From: a virus
Lineage: Duplodnaviria > Caudoviricetes
Length of the DNA stretch: 64,000 nucleotides
Virus record (IMG/VR): IMGVR_UViG_640069307_000003
Location: 1 to 64,000 of that record
Strand: one strand, 5' to 3'
Of the stretch, positions 1-8,363 are shown one piece after another. Numbering within the stretch: position 1 is the stretch's first letter; the number at the start of each line of letters is the position of its first letter. The position numbers and the translations under genes were made by a program. A model generated the notes under the pieces. The model was given only the letters and a program-made list of their open reading frames with translations, was not told the origin of the DNA and searched no databases.

Positions 1-2
1 GC

Positions 3-1433
3 TTAGAAACTCCACATGCCGTCGTTGTACGTCGCCTGCGTCACGTTGACGGTAAGCGACGCCTCCGACACGTAGCGGTACTGTTCGGGCAGCGTGACGG
101 GGAGCGCGGCAAGTGACACCTGAAGGTCCGAGCCGTCGTCTTGCAGGGCCACGACGTTAGTTTTCAGGGCGTCCGACAGCTTCTTGTTGTTCATCGCCAT
201 CATGCCCTTGGCAGCGGCCTGCGAATCCTTGCCGTACAGGCGATAGACCACGTCGCGGATTTTCGCCTCAACGTCACCCACATCATGCACGACAGAGACT
301 TGCGCGTTGATCGTCAGCGGCAGTTCGGTCGGGACGGCATTGACGAAAATAGCTGAGTACGAGTCATCGGCGAGCTTGATGATGCGGCGGATTTCGCCCT
401 GAAGCCACGTCGTATCAACGCCGTCCATGAGGGCCGACACGAACAGCTTGTTGATGTTCGCCACGCTCGGGCCGCGCACGGACTCCTCGACCTGTTCATT
501 CCAGACCGAGAGAAAGCGCAGCGGGAACACGTTGCGGCGGATCAGAAAATCGAAGTTGCCGAGATAGACGGCGGACGAATCGTAGGTGCTCGGATACTTC
601 GCATACTCGCGCAGCGTTTCGATATCCAGCGGGTCGGCCCCGGCGAAGATGACCGACGCGAGCTTGAGCGTCGCAATCCGGTCCGCGCTCGATACCGATG
701 ACTCGAACGTAAAAGAGGCATCGACCGAAAGCACGTTCGCGCCGAATGTCTCCTCGACCGTGAAGTCAATCTGCGTGCCGTTCGAGGGCTGAACGCCGAC
801 AACATTAGCCCATCCAAACTTGACCCAAAGCCGCCGCTGCTCGTCCGTTTCGAGCGAATAGCCTGCCGCACCCGCGGCAAGGTTCTGGAATTCCGGCGTG
901 TACGGATAGGGCACACCGCCGATGCTCACGTAAATGCCGCTGATGACCTGCTCGGTGTCGCTGTTGGGCGGAATCTGCACGCCATAGAAGGCGACTGAGT
1001 TCGATACCGTGTGCGAGAAGGTACGCGTCGTTACCTGCTTGACGTTGACGGTTGCGGTCTGTCCCGCGGGGATGCTCGCCTGTGTTTCGGTCACGTAGAC
1101 GCGGCCGTTCTGGTCGATGACGTTGCGCCCTACGGCGATATTGAGCGTCGTCACATCGTTGTTCGTGACCGTGAGCGCGAGGCGCGGCGGGCGCGCAAAC
1201 GGCAGGATGCCTTTCATGCTCGCATCGGCGAGCACGGTCGTATCCCGCGCCTTGATGAACGGCTCCATGCTCTCTGTGTCGATCTGCTGCGAGAGCATCG
1301 CGAGCATGGTTGCCATCGCATTCAGTTGCGCGAGCAGGCGAGGGTCGCCAGCCTGATAGTACTGCGCGGCGAGCGGTTGGTTCGATACCTCCGCGGCAAT
1401 GGCCGTCATGAAGTCATCGCGCGAATACGACAT
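3..1433 (-). CDS. bplA: Baseplate wedge protein (gpJ-like, P1 BplA-like), 476 aa
   Basis: Start moved to MSYSRDDF (ATG 1433), directly after the upstream gene's stop. Size and position after a pmgA-like gene match P1 BplA. The N-terminal extension of the track ORF overlaps the upstream gene. Confidence 0.7.
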   Translation of the reverse strand: MSYSRDDFMTAIAAEVSNQPLAAQYYQAGDPRLLAQLNAMATMLAMLSQQIDTESMEPFIKARDTTVLADASMKGILPFARPPRLALTVTNNDVTTLNIAVGRNVIDQNGRVYVTETQASIPAGQTATVNVKQVTTRTFSHTVSNSVAFYGVQIPPNSDTEQVISGIYVSIGGVPYPYTPEFQNLAAGAAGYSLETDEQRRLWVKFGWANVVGVQPSNGTQIDFTVEETFGANVLSVDASFTFESSVSSADRIATLKLASVIFAGADPLDIETLREYAKYPSTYDSSAVYLGNFDFLIRRNVFPLRFLSVWNEQVEESVRGPSVANINKLFVSALMDGVDTTWLQGEIRRIIKLADDSYSAIFVNAVPTELPLTINAQVSVVHDVGDVEAKIRDVVYRLYGKDSQAAAKGMMAMNNKKLSDALKTNVVALQDDGSDLQVSLAALPVTLPEQYRYVSEASLTVNVTQATYNDGMWSF

Positions 1434-1726
1434 TACTTGCCTCCAATATCGACTGTCTGCCCGGACAGGTCGATGAAGTACCGGCGTTGATCCGGCCCAG
1501 TGTCTTGCGAGTAAAGATTGACCGAGCCGCGCGGCATGGCCGCGAGCAGTGGCACATCGGTTTTGAGCTTCGCGATGACCGCATCCGCGCCGCCAGTGCG
1601 CAGCGGCGTTTGCAGCAGGTCGGGGAAGTTCGAGCCGTAGTCCGAGCCGAGATAGCCGTTCACTGGCGTTTCGAGCCAGTGCGAAACCATGTCCTGCGCG
1701 TCGGCGGTCGTGATCTTTGTATCCAT
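1433..1726 (-). CDS. Small baseplate protein (gp25/PmgA-like), 97 aa
   Basis: MDTKITTADAQDMVSHWLETPVNGYLGSDYG motif; first gene after a late-promoter motif and coupled to the baseplate gene. Confidence 0.6.
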   Translation of the reverse strand: MDTKITTADAQDMVSHWLETPVNGYLGSDYGSNFPDLLQTPLRTGGADAVIAKLKTDVPLLAAMPRGSVNLYSQDTGPDQRRYFIDLSGQTVDIGGK

Positions 1727-1733
1727 GCGCCTG

Positions 1734-1775
1734 ATGGTACGGGGCCGCGCGGCGGCCATAGGCGTTTCGTTTTCC
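1734..1775 (-). promoter_or_regulatory. Putative late promoter (GGAAAA-N30-TACCAT)
   Basis: Same motif and spacing as upstream of the capsid, tube and portal genes. Confidence 0.6.
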
Positions 1776-1788
1776 CGCCCCTCTAAAT

Positions 1789-1802
1789 ATAGACATTTCT
1801 AT
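1789..1802. promoter_or_regulatory. Repressor operator ATAGA-CATT-TCTAT
   Basis: 14-bp palindrome that recurs at the cro/cI switch and other early promoters; overlaps the -35 box at 1802. Confidence 0.75.
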
Positions 1803-1830
1803 TGCATGTAGCCTGAATCGATATTAGTAT
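1802..1830 (+). promoter_or_regulatory. Early sigma70-type promoter TTGCAT-N17-TAGTAT
   Basis: Canonical spacing; same operator/-35 overlap as the promoter at 31073. Confidence 0.65.
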
Positions 1831-1864
1831 TTCGATATTCCAGAGTGACACGGGGCGTCTGTCG

Positions 1865-2077
1865 ATGGCCGGGCAATTGAAGTTCATATGTCGCAAGTGC
1901 GGCGCGATGCACGAGCGGCGCAATCAGGCCGTCGAATGCTGCATGGCGGGCGAAGCACTCACGGCAGAGGAGCTTGAGGCCATCGGACAGCAGCGGCTTT
2001 TCGATGACGCGCCGACCGCACCGGCACTCGCGCCGCTGGAATGCGAGCCGGGCGGCCCGCAATTGCGGCTTTTCTGA
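1865..2077 (+). CDS. Hypothetical phage protein (CxxC, small)
   Basis: First ORF after the early promoter. Confidence 0.5.
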   Translation: MAGQLKFICRKCGAMHERRNQAVECCMAGEALTAEELEAIGQQRLFDDAPTAPALAPLECEPGGPQLRLF

Positions 2078-2088
2078 GAGGCAAGCGC

Positions 2089-2448
2089 ATGAATTTCGAC
2101 CTGAAAAAGCCCTGCAAAGACTGTCCGTTTCGCAGCGATATCACGTTCCACCTCAACACGGAACGTGTCGAGGAAATCTGCGACGCCATCACGCGAAAGC
2201 AGCAGACGTTCGCCTGCCACAAAACGACGCAACACGACGACGAAACCGGCGATCACATTCCGCACGACAAAGAGCAGCACTGCGCGGGCGCGCTGATCCT
2301 GCTCGAACGGATGAATAAGCCGAACCAGATGATGCGCATCGCCGAACGGCTGCGCTACTACGACCGCCAAGCGCTGCACATGGACGCGCCGGTATTCGAG
2401 ACACCCGAGGCGATGATCGCCCACTTTCGAGCGCTGAACGATGAATGA
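2089..2448 (+). CDS. Conserved phage protein with KPCKDCPF / FACHKT motifs
   Basis: Start at MNFDLKKP; Cys/His motif pattern typical of phage early proteins. Confidence 0.7.
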   Translation: MNFDLKKPCKDCPFRSDITFHLNTERVEEICDAITRKQQTFACHKTTQHDDETGDHIPHDKEQHCAGALILLERMNKPNQMMRIAERLRYYDRQALHMDAPVFETPEAMIAHFRALNDE

Positions 2449-3073
2449 AGCCAAACAAAAGCCGCTGAAGGCGTATCAGGTTGATCACTACGAGGGGCCG
2501 TGTGAAGGCTCCGCGCTTGTGTTCGCGAAGTCGAACGCGGCGGCGCGCACCGAGGGCGCGAGCGAACTGGGCCTTGGTTGGGATGACGTTTCAGCACATC
2601 GCTCGGCGCAATTCGATCATTACGCCCCCGGCCCGGTGCCGATCATGGCGCTGATTGACGGCGGATGGACGTTCCATTGCCATTTGCACGAGTGCCAGTC
2701 TCCGATTACGCGCGAGCACCACAACGACGACGGCGACGAGGTTGACACCGCGGAGCGCGCCATCGTGCGCGGGCGGAAGGTGTTCTGCGATGCCTCGTGC
2801 GCGGCAATGCACGACGCCTCCAAGCGCCGCCGCGCCGCCGCCGAGGCTGCGCTTATCGAACTCGTCGAGGCGAAGTTTCCCGGCTGCACGATTACGCGCA
2901 TTCACATTTGCCACGACCGTCTCGAACCGACCGAACCGAACCACGGAATCATGTGTAGCGCGGAATTCAAGTTCCCCGGCGCGAAATACGGCGCGACCTA
3001 TATCTACGGCGAGGGCAACGTGGCGCGTGTCGCGCAATACGACCTCGAAGCATTCAAATCTATCTACCAGTGA
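2441..3073 (+). CDS. Hypothetical phage protein
   Basis: 210-aa ORF overlapping neighbours by 4-8 nt; GC3-rich codons. Confidence 0.65.
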   Translation: MNEAKQKPLKAYQVDHYEGPCEGSALVFAKSNAAARTEGASELGLGWDDVSAHRSAQFDHYAPGPVPIMALIDGGWTFHCHLHECQSPITREHHNDDGDEVDTAERAIVRGRKVFCDASCAAMHDASKRRRAAAEAALIELVEAKFPGCTITRIHICHDRLEPTEPNHGIMCSAEFKFPGAKYGATYIYGEGNVARVAQYDLEAFKSIYQ

Positions 3074-3081
3074 GAACCATC

Positions 3082-3789
3082 ATGGCCACCCTGAAAATAA
3101 AGCGCCTGCACCCGGACGCGGTGATCCCCAAGTTCGCGACGGAAGGCGCGGCCTGTTTTGACCTCGTCGCTATCGACGTGGACAACGCAGTTGCGCACCC
3201 GAACGACAGACAGGCGGCGATTGTCCGCACTGGCTTGGCTGTTGAAATCCCGCCCGGCTACGTGATGAAAATCTATTCGCGCAGCGGCCACGGCTTCAGG
3301 GACGCCGTGCGACTCTCGAACTGCGTCGGCATCATCGACCGTGACTATCGCGGAGAAATCAAGGTTGCGCTGCGCGCTGATGGCGGGAACTACGTCGTCA
3401 ACAATGGCGACCGCGTTGCACAGGCCATGCTCGAACTCGCGCCATCCGTCCAGTTTGCCGAGGTCGAGGACTTGAGCGAAACGACACGAGGCGAGGGCGG
3501 TTTCGGCTCGACGGGAACCGGCGCGCTGCCCGCCGACACGGCGGCTACGGCCGTGCTCGACACCAACGGCTACGAGCGCGACGACGAGAGCCTTCAATGC
3601 GCGCTCGAACTCGTCGGGTATGAGGTTCCGCTCGACGTGATCGGGTATTGGCCGCTCGAAACGTGCATCGCCGTCCATGACTGGGCGCTCGCCGCGCATT
3701 TGAAGGCATCGGATAACGACGTGGTTGTGCCGGAGTGCCCGGCCTCGCTCGCCCGATTCGCTCCCAAAGGCTGCTCCTACACAATCTGA
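3082..3789 (+). CDS. dut: Trimeric dUTPase with ~85-aa C-terminal extension
   Basis: dUTPase motifs ACFDL, YSRSGHG, GIIDRDYRGEI, RVAQAM and TRGEGGFGSTG. Confidence 0.92.
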   Translation: MATLKIKRLHPDAVIPKFATEGAACFDLVAIDVDNAVAHPNDRQAAIVRTGLAVEIPPGYVMKIYSRSGHGFRDAVRLSNCVGIIDRDYRGEIKVALRADGGNYVVNNGDRVAQAMLELAPSVQFAEVEDLSETTRGEGGFGSTGTGALPADTAATAVLDTNGYERDDESLQCALELVGYEVPLDVIGYWPLETCIAVHDWALAAHLKASDNDVVVPECPASLARFAPKGCSYTI

Positions 3790-3796
3790 CCAGGCC

Positions 3797-4099
3797 ATGA
3801 ACACGAACCTCGACGCACGGCGCGCCGCGCTGCGCGACGCTGAAGGCGTGATGATCGACGGACCGCGCATCGCCGCGCCCGGCGCGCGCATCGATGCAAG
3901 CGACCTCGCTCAGATGCTTACCGACGCGATGCGAGCCTCGCGCATTCCGCGGCTCACCTTGCTTGCCAATGCCGTGCGCGAGGCTCCCGTCGTTGATCTA
4001 CTCATTGCGCTCGCGCCGATGGCCGATGCCATCGCGCGGCACTATGCCCGCTCAATTCCGGAAACCGCGGCAGAAAGCCCCACGACTTCGCGCGATTGA
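3797..4099 (+). CDS. Hypothetical phage protein
   Basis: Start at MNTNLDARR, 7 nt after the dut stop. Confidence 0.55.
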   Translation: MNTNLDARRAALRDAEGVMIDGPRIAAPGARIDASDLAQMLTDAMRASRIPRLTLLANAVREAPVVDLLIALAPMADAIARHYARSIPETAAESPTTSRD

Positions 4100-4154
4100 A
4101 CGATCAGGAAATTTATAAAATCTCGCGCTCGAATGCGCGTTTTCGGACCACACC

Positions 4155-5558
4155 ATGAGTCAAGACCACCAAAACCCCCGCGTTCTCGGCCGCCTTTCCA
4201 CACTCAACGCCGACCTGCCTACGTTTCAGGACCGCGTACAGCCTTGGCTGATGGAGTGCTTTGGCCCGGTGATCGCGGGCGACCGCGAGGAGCGGAACCA
4301 TCGCTTTTTCGAGGAGGCCGCCGAGCTTGTGCAGGCATGCGGCATGACCGCAAGCGAGGCGTTCCAACTGGTCAATTACGTCTGGAACCGGCCCGTCGGC
4401 GAGCCGCATCAGGAAACGGGCGGCGTAATGGTCACGCTCGCGGCTCTGTGCCTCGCCAATGGCCTCGACATGCACGAGGCGGCAGAGACGGAACTGGCAC
4501 GCGTATGGACGAAGGTAGAGGCGATCCGCACTAAGCAAGCGGCGAAGCCGAAGCATTCGCCGTTGCCGCAGGCAGTCGAAACGCAACCGATCATGCGCTT
4601 CAACCTCATTCCGGGCGGTTTAATCAACCCCGAGCCGAACGGCCTGTATGTGCGCTTTGAGGATCATATCCGCGCGCTCAACACGCCGCGCGCAGCCGCA
4701 CCGGTACAGACGGGCGACCGTCTGACCGACGTGAAGGCGAACGATATCGTAGCGCGCGGTGGCTACAAGGTGACGGGCGCAGTTCTCGCGAACGAGGAGG
4801 GCAGCCGCTGCATCGTCGAAATGAGCGCCGTTCGCTGGCTCGACAATCAGGAAATGTGGCGTCTGATGCACCCTGACGCGCAGGCCGCGCAGCCGGTCGC
4901 GAGTGTGACTATCTCGAAGCCGGGCGATAGCGTGACGGGCATCGTATTCATGGCGCTCAACGAGCACGGCCGCGCCACGCTCGGCAAGGGCAAGCATCAG
5001 CTCTATGCGGAGCAGCGCGCCACCACGAACGCCGATACGCTCGTTTCCCTGCTGCGCTCGATCCGCCCGAACTTCGGCGACGTGGGAACGCGAGACGCGG
5101 ACGTGCGCCGCAAGCAGGGATACATCGACGAGGCGATTGCGCTGCTCACGACTGGGCCGGGCCTCGCGCCGAGCATCACGCCGAACCTCGAAGGGCTGAA
5201 AGCGCGCCTGCTCGCGCCGCGCTGGCCGCTGACGCGCAACGCGGACGGCGCGCTCTATCACCCCGACATGCCGGTAATGGACGAGGGAACGGACTATGCG
5301 GGCTTCCTGAAAGCGTTCGGCCTCGAATGCTGCTTCACCACGCTCGAATCCGAGGATTCGGACAAGTCGGAGGCGTATCACGAGGGCCGCATGACGCTCG
5401 CCGAATGGACGCCAGCCTATCCCGCGCACGAGGAGGGAACTCAGCCTTTCACGCTACTCGAAGTTTTCGACACCGAGGACGGCCCGATGGCGACATTCAT
5501 TCGCCCGATGCAGGCCGCGCCGCGCCGCCGCAGAACCGCCGCGGAGAACAAGGCTTGA
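4155..5558 (+). CDS. Mosaic phage protein with N-terminal MazG-like (NTP pyrophosphohydrolase) domain
   Basis: RFFEEAAELVQA...EPHQETGGVMVTLAAL acidic helix pattern of MazG-like domains, followed by unrelated modules. Confidence 0.65.
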   Translation: MSQDHQNPRVLGRLSTLNADLPTFQDRVQPWLMECFGPVIAGDREERNHRFFEEAAELVQACGMTASEAFQLVNYVWNRPVGEPHQETGGVMVTLAALCLANGLDMHEAAETELARVWTKVEAIRTKQAAKPKHSPLPQAVETQPIMRFNLIPGGLINPEPNGLYVRFEDHIRALNTPRAAAPVQTGDRLTDVKANDIVARGGYKVTGAVLANEEGSRCIVEMSAVRWLDNQEMWRLMHPDAQAAQPVASVTISKPGDSVTGIVFMALNEHGRATLGKGKHQLYAEQRATTNADTLVSLLRSIRPNFGDVGTRDADVRRKQGYIDEAIALLTTGPGLAPSITPNLEGLKARLLAPRWPLTRNADGALYHPDMPVMDEGTDYAGFLKAFGLECCFTTLESEDSDKSEAYHEGRMTLAEWTPAYPAHEEGTQPFTLLEVFDTEDGPMATFIRPMQAAPRRRRTAAENKA

Positions 5559-5707
5559 AACTCGTTGCACTGATTCTGTTGCTAACGGCCGCAGTCGAGT
5601 TCGCTTGCGCGGCCGAGTTTCGCACCCTGATTAACGTCGAGGATGCGTGTAACGTCGATGACGCCGCGGTATGCACCGAATCCCTCGCGTGGCTGGATCG
5701 CGAATGA
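5555..5707 (+). CDS. Small protein with hydrophobic N-terminus (TTG start)
   Basis: TTGA overlap with the upstream stop; signal-peptide-like LKLVALILLLTAAVEFA. Confidence 0.4.
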   Translation: MKLVALILLLTAAVEFACAAEFRTLINVEDACNVDDAAVCTESLAWLDRE

Positions 5708-5886
5708 ATTGCACCGCCATCGACCTGCGGATAAAGGCGGAGCACATCATCCGCACTGACCGCATCGAAGCGGGACGCGACGTGTCGCACCTGAATTTCG
5801 AGCGGCAATACAAGAGCGCGATGCGCGAATACCTCGCGGCCCTTCAACGCATCAACCAAGTAGCAGGTATTCTCTTTCCTGACTGA
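5704..5886 (+). CDS. Hypothetical phage protein
   Basis: ATGA overlap with the upstream ORF. Confidence 0.5.
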   Translation: MNCTAIDLRIKAEHIIRTDRIEAGRDVSHLNFERQYKSAMREYLAALQRINQVAGILFPD

Positions 5887-5888
5887 GC

Positions 5889-6545
5889 ATGGATACAAAG
5901 CCAACCCCTGAAGTCGCCGCAGAACCGGCACCCCTATCGCTTGCTCGCGTTTCGCAGCGCACACACGACCGGGCGGCGCGCGTCATCGAGCGCTGTAGAT
6001 TCCATGTTACCGGGTACGTGCTCAGTGACGTATGGGATTTGCGCAAGGCCATTGTTGAGGAGGGGGCGGTGCGCTGGCTCCCCAATCGCGAGGACTTCAC
6101 TCGCGTAATGGCATGGCAGGACACCAAAGGCCCGAACACGCCGCCCGACGAGGCAATTGGCGACGAGCTTATCGGCACGGCAGCGCAGGCCGTCAGCGTG
6201 CCTCCTATCGTGCTTGCTGCGCCAGCCGCCGAGCCATCGCGCCCAGTGCTCACCGCGCCGCCGTCTGCACGCCTGCTCGAATCGACAGAGGAGGCGCTTG
6301 GCGTGCTCGCGGGCGAGCTTGGATGCGTTCGCAACGAGGATATCCCGCACAACGCGGGCTGGTTCGTACCCGGCAAGGCCACGGCATACGCGAGCGCCCT
6401 CGACGCCATCAAAGGGCTTGTGTCGAGCCTGAAGCAGGGCGGGACCGTATTTGATTGCGCTGGTAAGAGCGGTGCGGCCGAGAAGTTGCCGAAGAAGGTG
6501 GATCAGCCAGTCGCACTCGAAGCGAATCAGGCTGACCTTTTTTAA
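5889..6545 (+). CDS. Hypothetical phage protein
   Basis: 218-aa ORF; shares a ~45-aa segment (VTGxVL...AVRWL) with the 4155 protein. Confidence 0.65.
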   Translation: MDTKPTPEVAAEPAPLSLARVSQRTHDRAARVIERCRFHVTGYVLSDVWDLRKAIVEEGAVRWLPNREDFTRVMAWQDTKGPNTPPDEAIGDELIGTAAQAVSVPPIVLAAPAAEPSRPVLTAPPSARLLESTEEALGVLAGELGCVRNEDIPHNAGWFVPGKATAYASALDAIKGLVSSLKQGGTVFDCAGKSGAAEKLPKKVDQPVALEANQADLF

Positions 6546-6675
6546 CTGCTGTGGGGAGAGCGTGGGCCGAAGTAACGGATCAGTCTGAAGCAGTAGAATG
6601 GCGGCGGGGAACCGAAACCACGGTTTCATTAGCGCCACGCATAGCCACCATAAAACCAAAGCCACCACAAAAATA

Positions 6676-7413
6676 ATGAAACTTTCAACCGATAAAATCC
6701 TGAAAAAGGTCGTTCAACTGGCTCACACGCTTGCTCCAACGGGAAAGACCCACCTCGACATTGGGTCGGGCACTGGCGAGCTAATTGCCTTGCTTCGGAA
6801 CGCAAATGGCATGACCTCCCGAGCCTGCGATTACACCGACGAACTGATGCGACTTCCGGGGCAGAAAGTCGATATCGTCAACCTCAACGTAGACTCGACG
6901 CTCCCGTATGACGGGCAATCGTTCGACGTGGTGACGTGTACCGAAGTCGTCGAACACCTTGAAAACTACCGCTCGCTTGTTCGCGAGGCGTATCGCGTGA
7001 CAAAGCCGGGCGGCGTGGCGATCTTTACAACGCCGAATGTCCTGAACCTGAAATCGCGGCTCCGCTTCATGTTCTTCGGCTTCTGGAACCTGTTCGGCCC
7101 GCTGCCGATCACGCGGAGCGAAAACTTCTCGACGGCTGGGCACATCACACCCGTACCGTACTTCTACCTCGCGCACGCACTGCACGAAGCCGGGTTCAAG
7201 TCCGTCGAGCTGGAAATCGACAAGGTGCAGCGAAGCGCAATCCCGCGGCTGTTTGTGTGGTGGCCGTTTATCTCGCTGCTTAGTCTGAGCAGCAAGCGCC
7301 GTGAGGTGAAGAAGTACAAGACGGTAGACGCGGGGAACAGCAAGATCGTCGACGACATGAACACGCTGAAGATGCTCACGGGACGCACGATCATCGTCTC
7401 CGCGCGACGCTGA
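6676..7413 (+). CDS. Class I SAM-dependent methyltransferase (Methyltransf_11-like), moron
   Basis: Motif I HLDIGSGTG, FDVVTCTEVVEHL and RVTKPGG..FTTPN; AT-richer upstream region; start at MKLSTDK. Confidence 0.85.
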   Translation: MKLSTDKILKKVVQLAHTLAPTGKTHLDIGSGTGELIALLRNANGMTSRACDYTDELMRLPGQKVDIVNLNVDSTLPYDGQSFDVVTCTEVVEHLENYRSLVREAYRVTKPGGVAIFTTPNVLNLKSRLRFMFFGFWNLFGPLPITRSENFSTAGHITPVPYFYLAHALHEAGFKSVELEIDKVQRSAIPRLFVWWPFISLLSLSSKRREVKKYKTVDAGNSKIVDDMNTLKMLTGRTIIVSARR

Positions 7414-7460
7414 GACACCGCGGCCGAGCTACGTCGCACGATGATAGTAGGGAGGCCGGT

Positions 7461-7572
7461 CATCAGGTAAGCAGACGCAGGCGGCATCAGTATGTTGCCG
7501 GGCGGGTCGTAGACAGGGGGATGCGCGCCTGACCGGCTAACTCCAGACATGCCCGTGCCTGCTTACCTGATG
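7461..7572. repeat. 14-bp perfect inverted repeat (CATCAGGTAAGCAG / CTGCTTACCTGATG) closing a long hairpin
   Basis: Arms at 7461-7474 and 7559-7572, with imperfect extension on both sides. Confidence 0.75.
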
Positions 7573-7887
7573 GGCCAATCACGCCCATAAATTGTTAGGA
7601 CTCCTGCATGATTTGACATAAATACAATTATCGAACAGCCACGGGAATCCTCGAAAACGAGGGAGGTAGCGCGAAATTCCGCGCCGGGCTTATAGCCCGG
7701 AGGGTCCGTCATTCCCAATCGAGGAATGCAACAGGCTTCGCCCGGCAATCAGGTATCTCCGCAATACCTGCCTCGACTTTCGCGCCGCGGCTTGAGCCAC
7801 GCATGAGACGGGTCAACTGTAGCTGGCGGCGCGCGAAGAATGCGGCTGTCGTTTTCCAAACGTATGAAGTTTTTTTGTTCTGCCCCC

Positions 7888-7916
7888 TTGCGTTAATTTG
7901 TGTGAGCGCATACAGT
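7888..7916 (+). promoter_or_regulatory. Promoter TTGCGT-N17-TACAGT with conserved spacer GTGAGCGCA
   Basis: Near-identical ~50-bp copy on the minus strand at 60459-60500. Confidence 0.65.
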
Positions 7917-7949
7917 AATGACTCAGCAGCAAACGAACTAGGAGAAACG

Positions 7950-8084
7950 ATGCTTGTACGCAAATTGATAATACGGCCCGCTCCGGTGCCCCCTCGGGCA
8001 TGCGGAGCGGAAAACGGAAAGACAGGAAGGCGGAATAACCGGCCGCGTCTCAGACGCTATGAGCAGCGCGTACCAGACATATAG
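7950..8084 (+). CDS. Small basic protein, 44 aa
   Basis: AGGAG RBS before the ATG; first ORF after the promoter at 7888. Confidence 0.45.
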   Translation: MLVRKLIIRPAPVPPRACGAENGKTGRRNNRPRLRRYEQRVPDI

Positions 8085-8165
8085 ATTGGCGACGATGCCA
8101 TGCCGACAACCAAAGCCGCGCAGCGGCGCTAACTGGGCCGTGCAATGAAGGGGAACAAGGGGCTT

Positions 8166-8363
8166 ATGCCCAAACGGATAATATCGGGCGTCTCACGCAT
8201 TGAGGCGCGCCGTGCGATTGGGCCGAATGGCGGCACGATCAAATGGGCCGTGTACATCAACGGCACCATCCTGCGCGAGCACGGTTGCGTCATCAGGCGC
8301 AGCACGCAGCATGAAGCACTCGAATATGGGAACGCCTATGTGGCGCGCAATGTGAATTCATGA
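8166..8363 (+). CDS. Hypothetical phage protein
   Basis: G-rich RBS; ATGA overlap with the next gene. Confidence 0.5.
   Translation: MPKRIISGVSRIEARRAIGPNGGTIKWAVYINGTILREHGCVIRRSTQHEALEYGNAYVARNVNS

Noticed and set aside
1434-1796. N-terminal extension of the baseplate ORF in the track
   Set aside because: It overlaps the pmgA-like gene, the late promoter and the operator.
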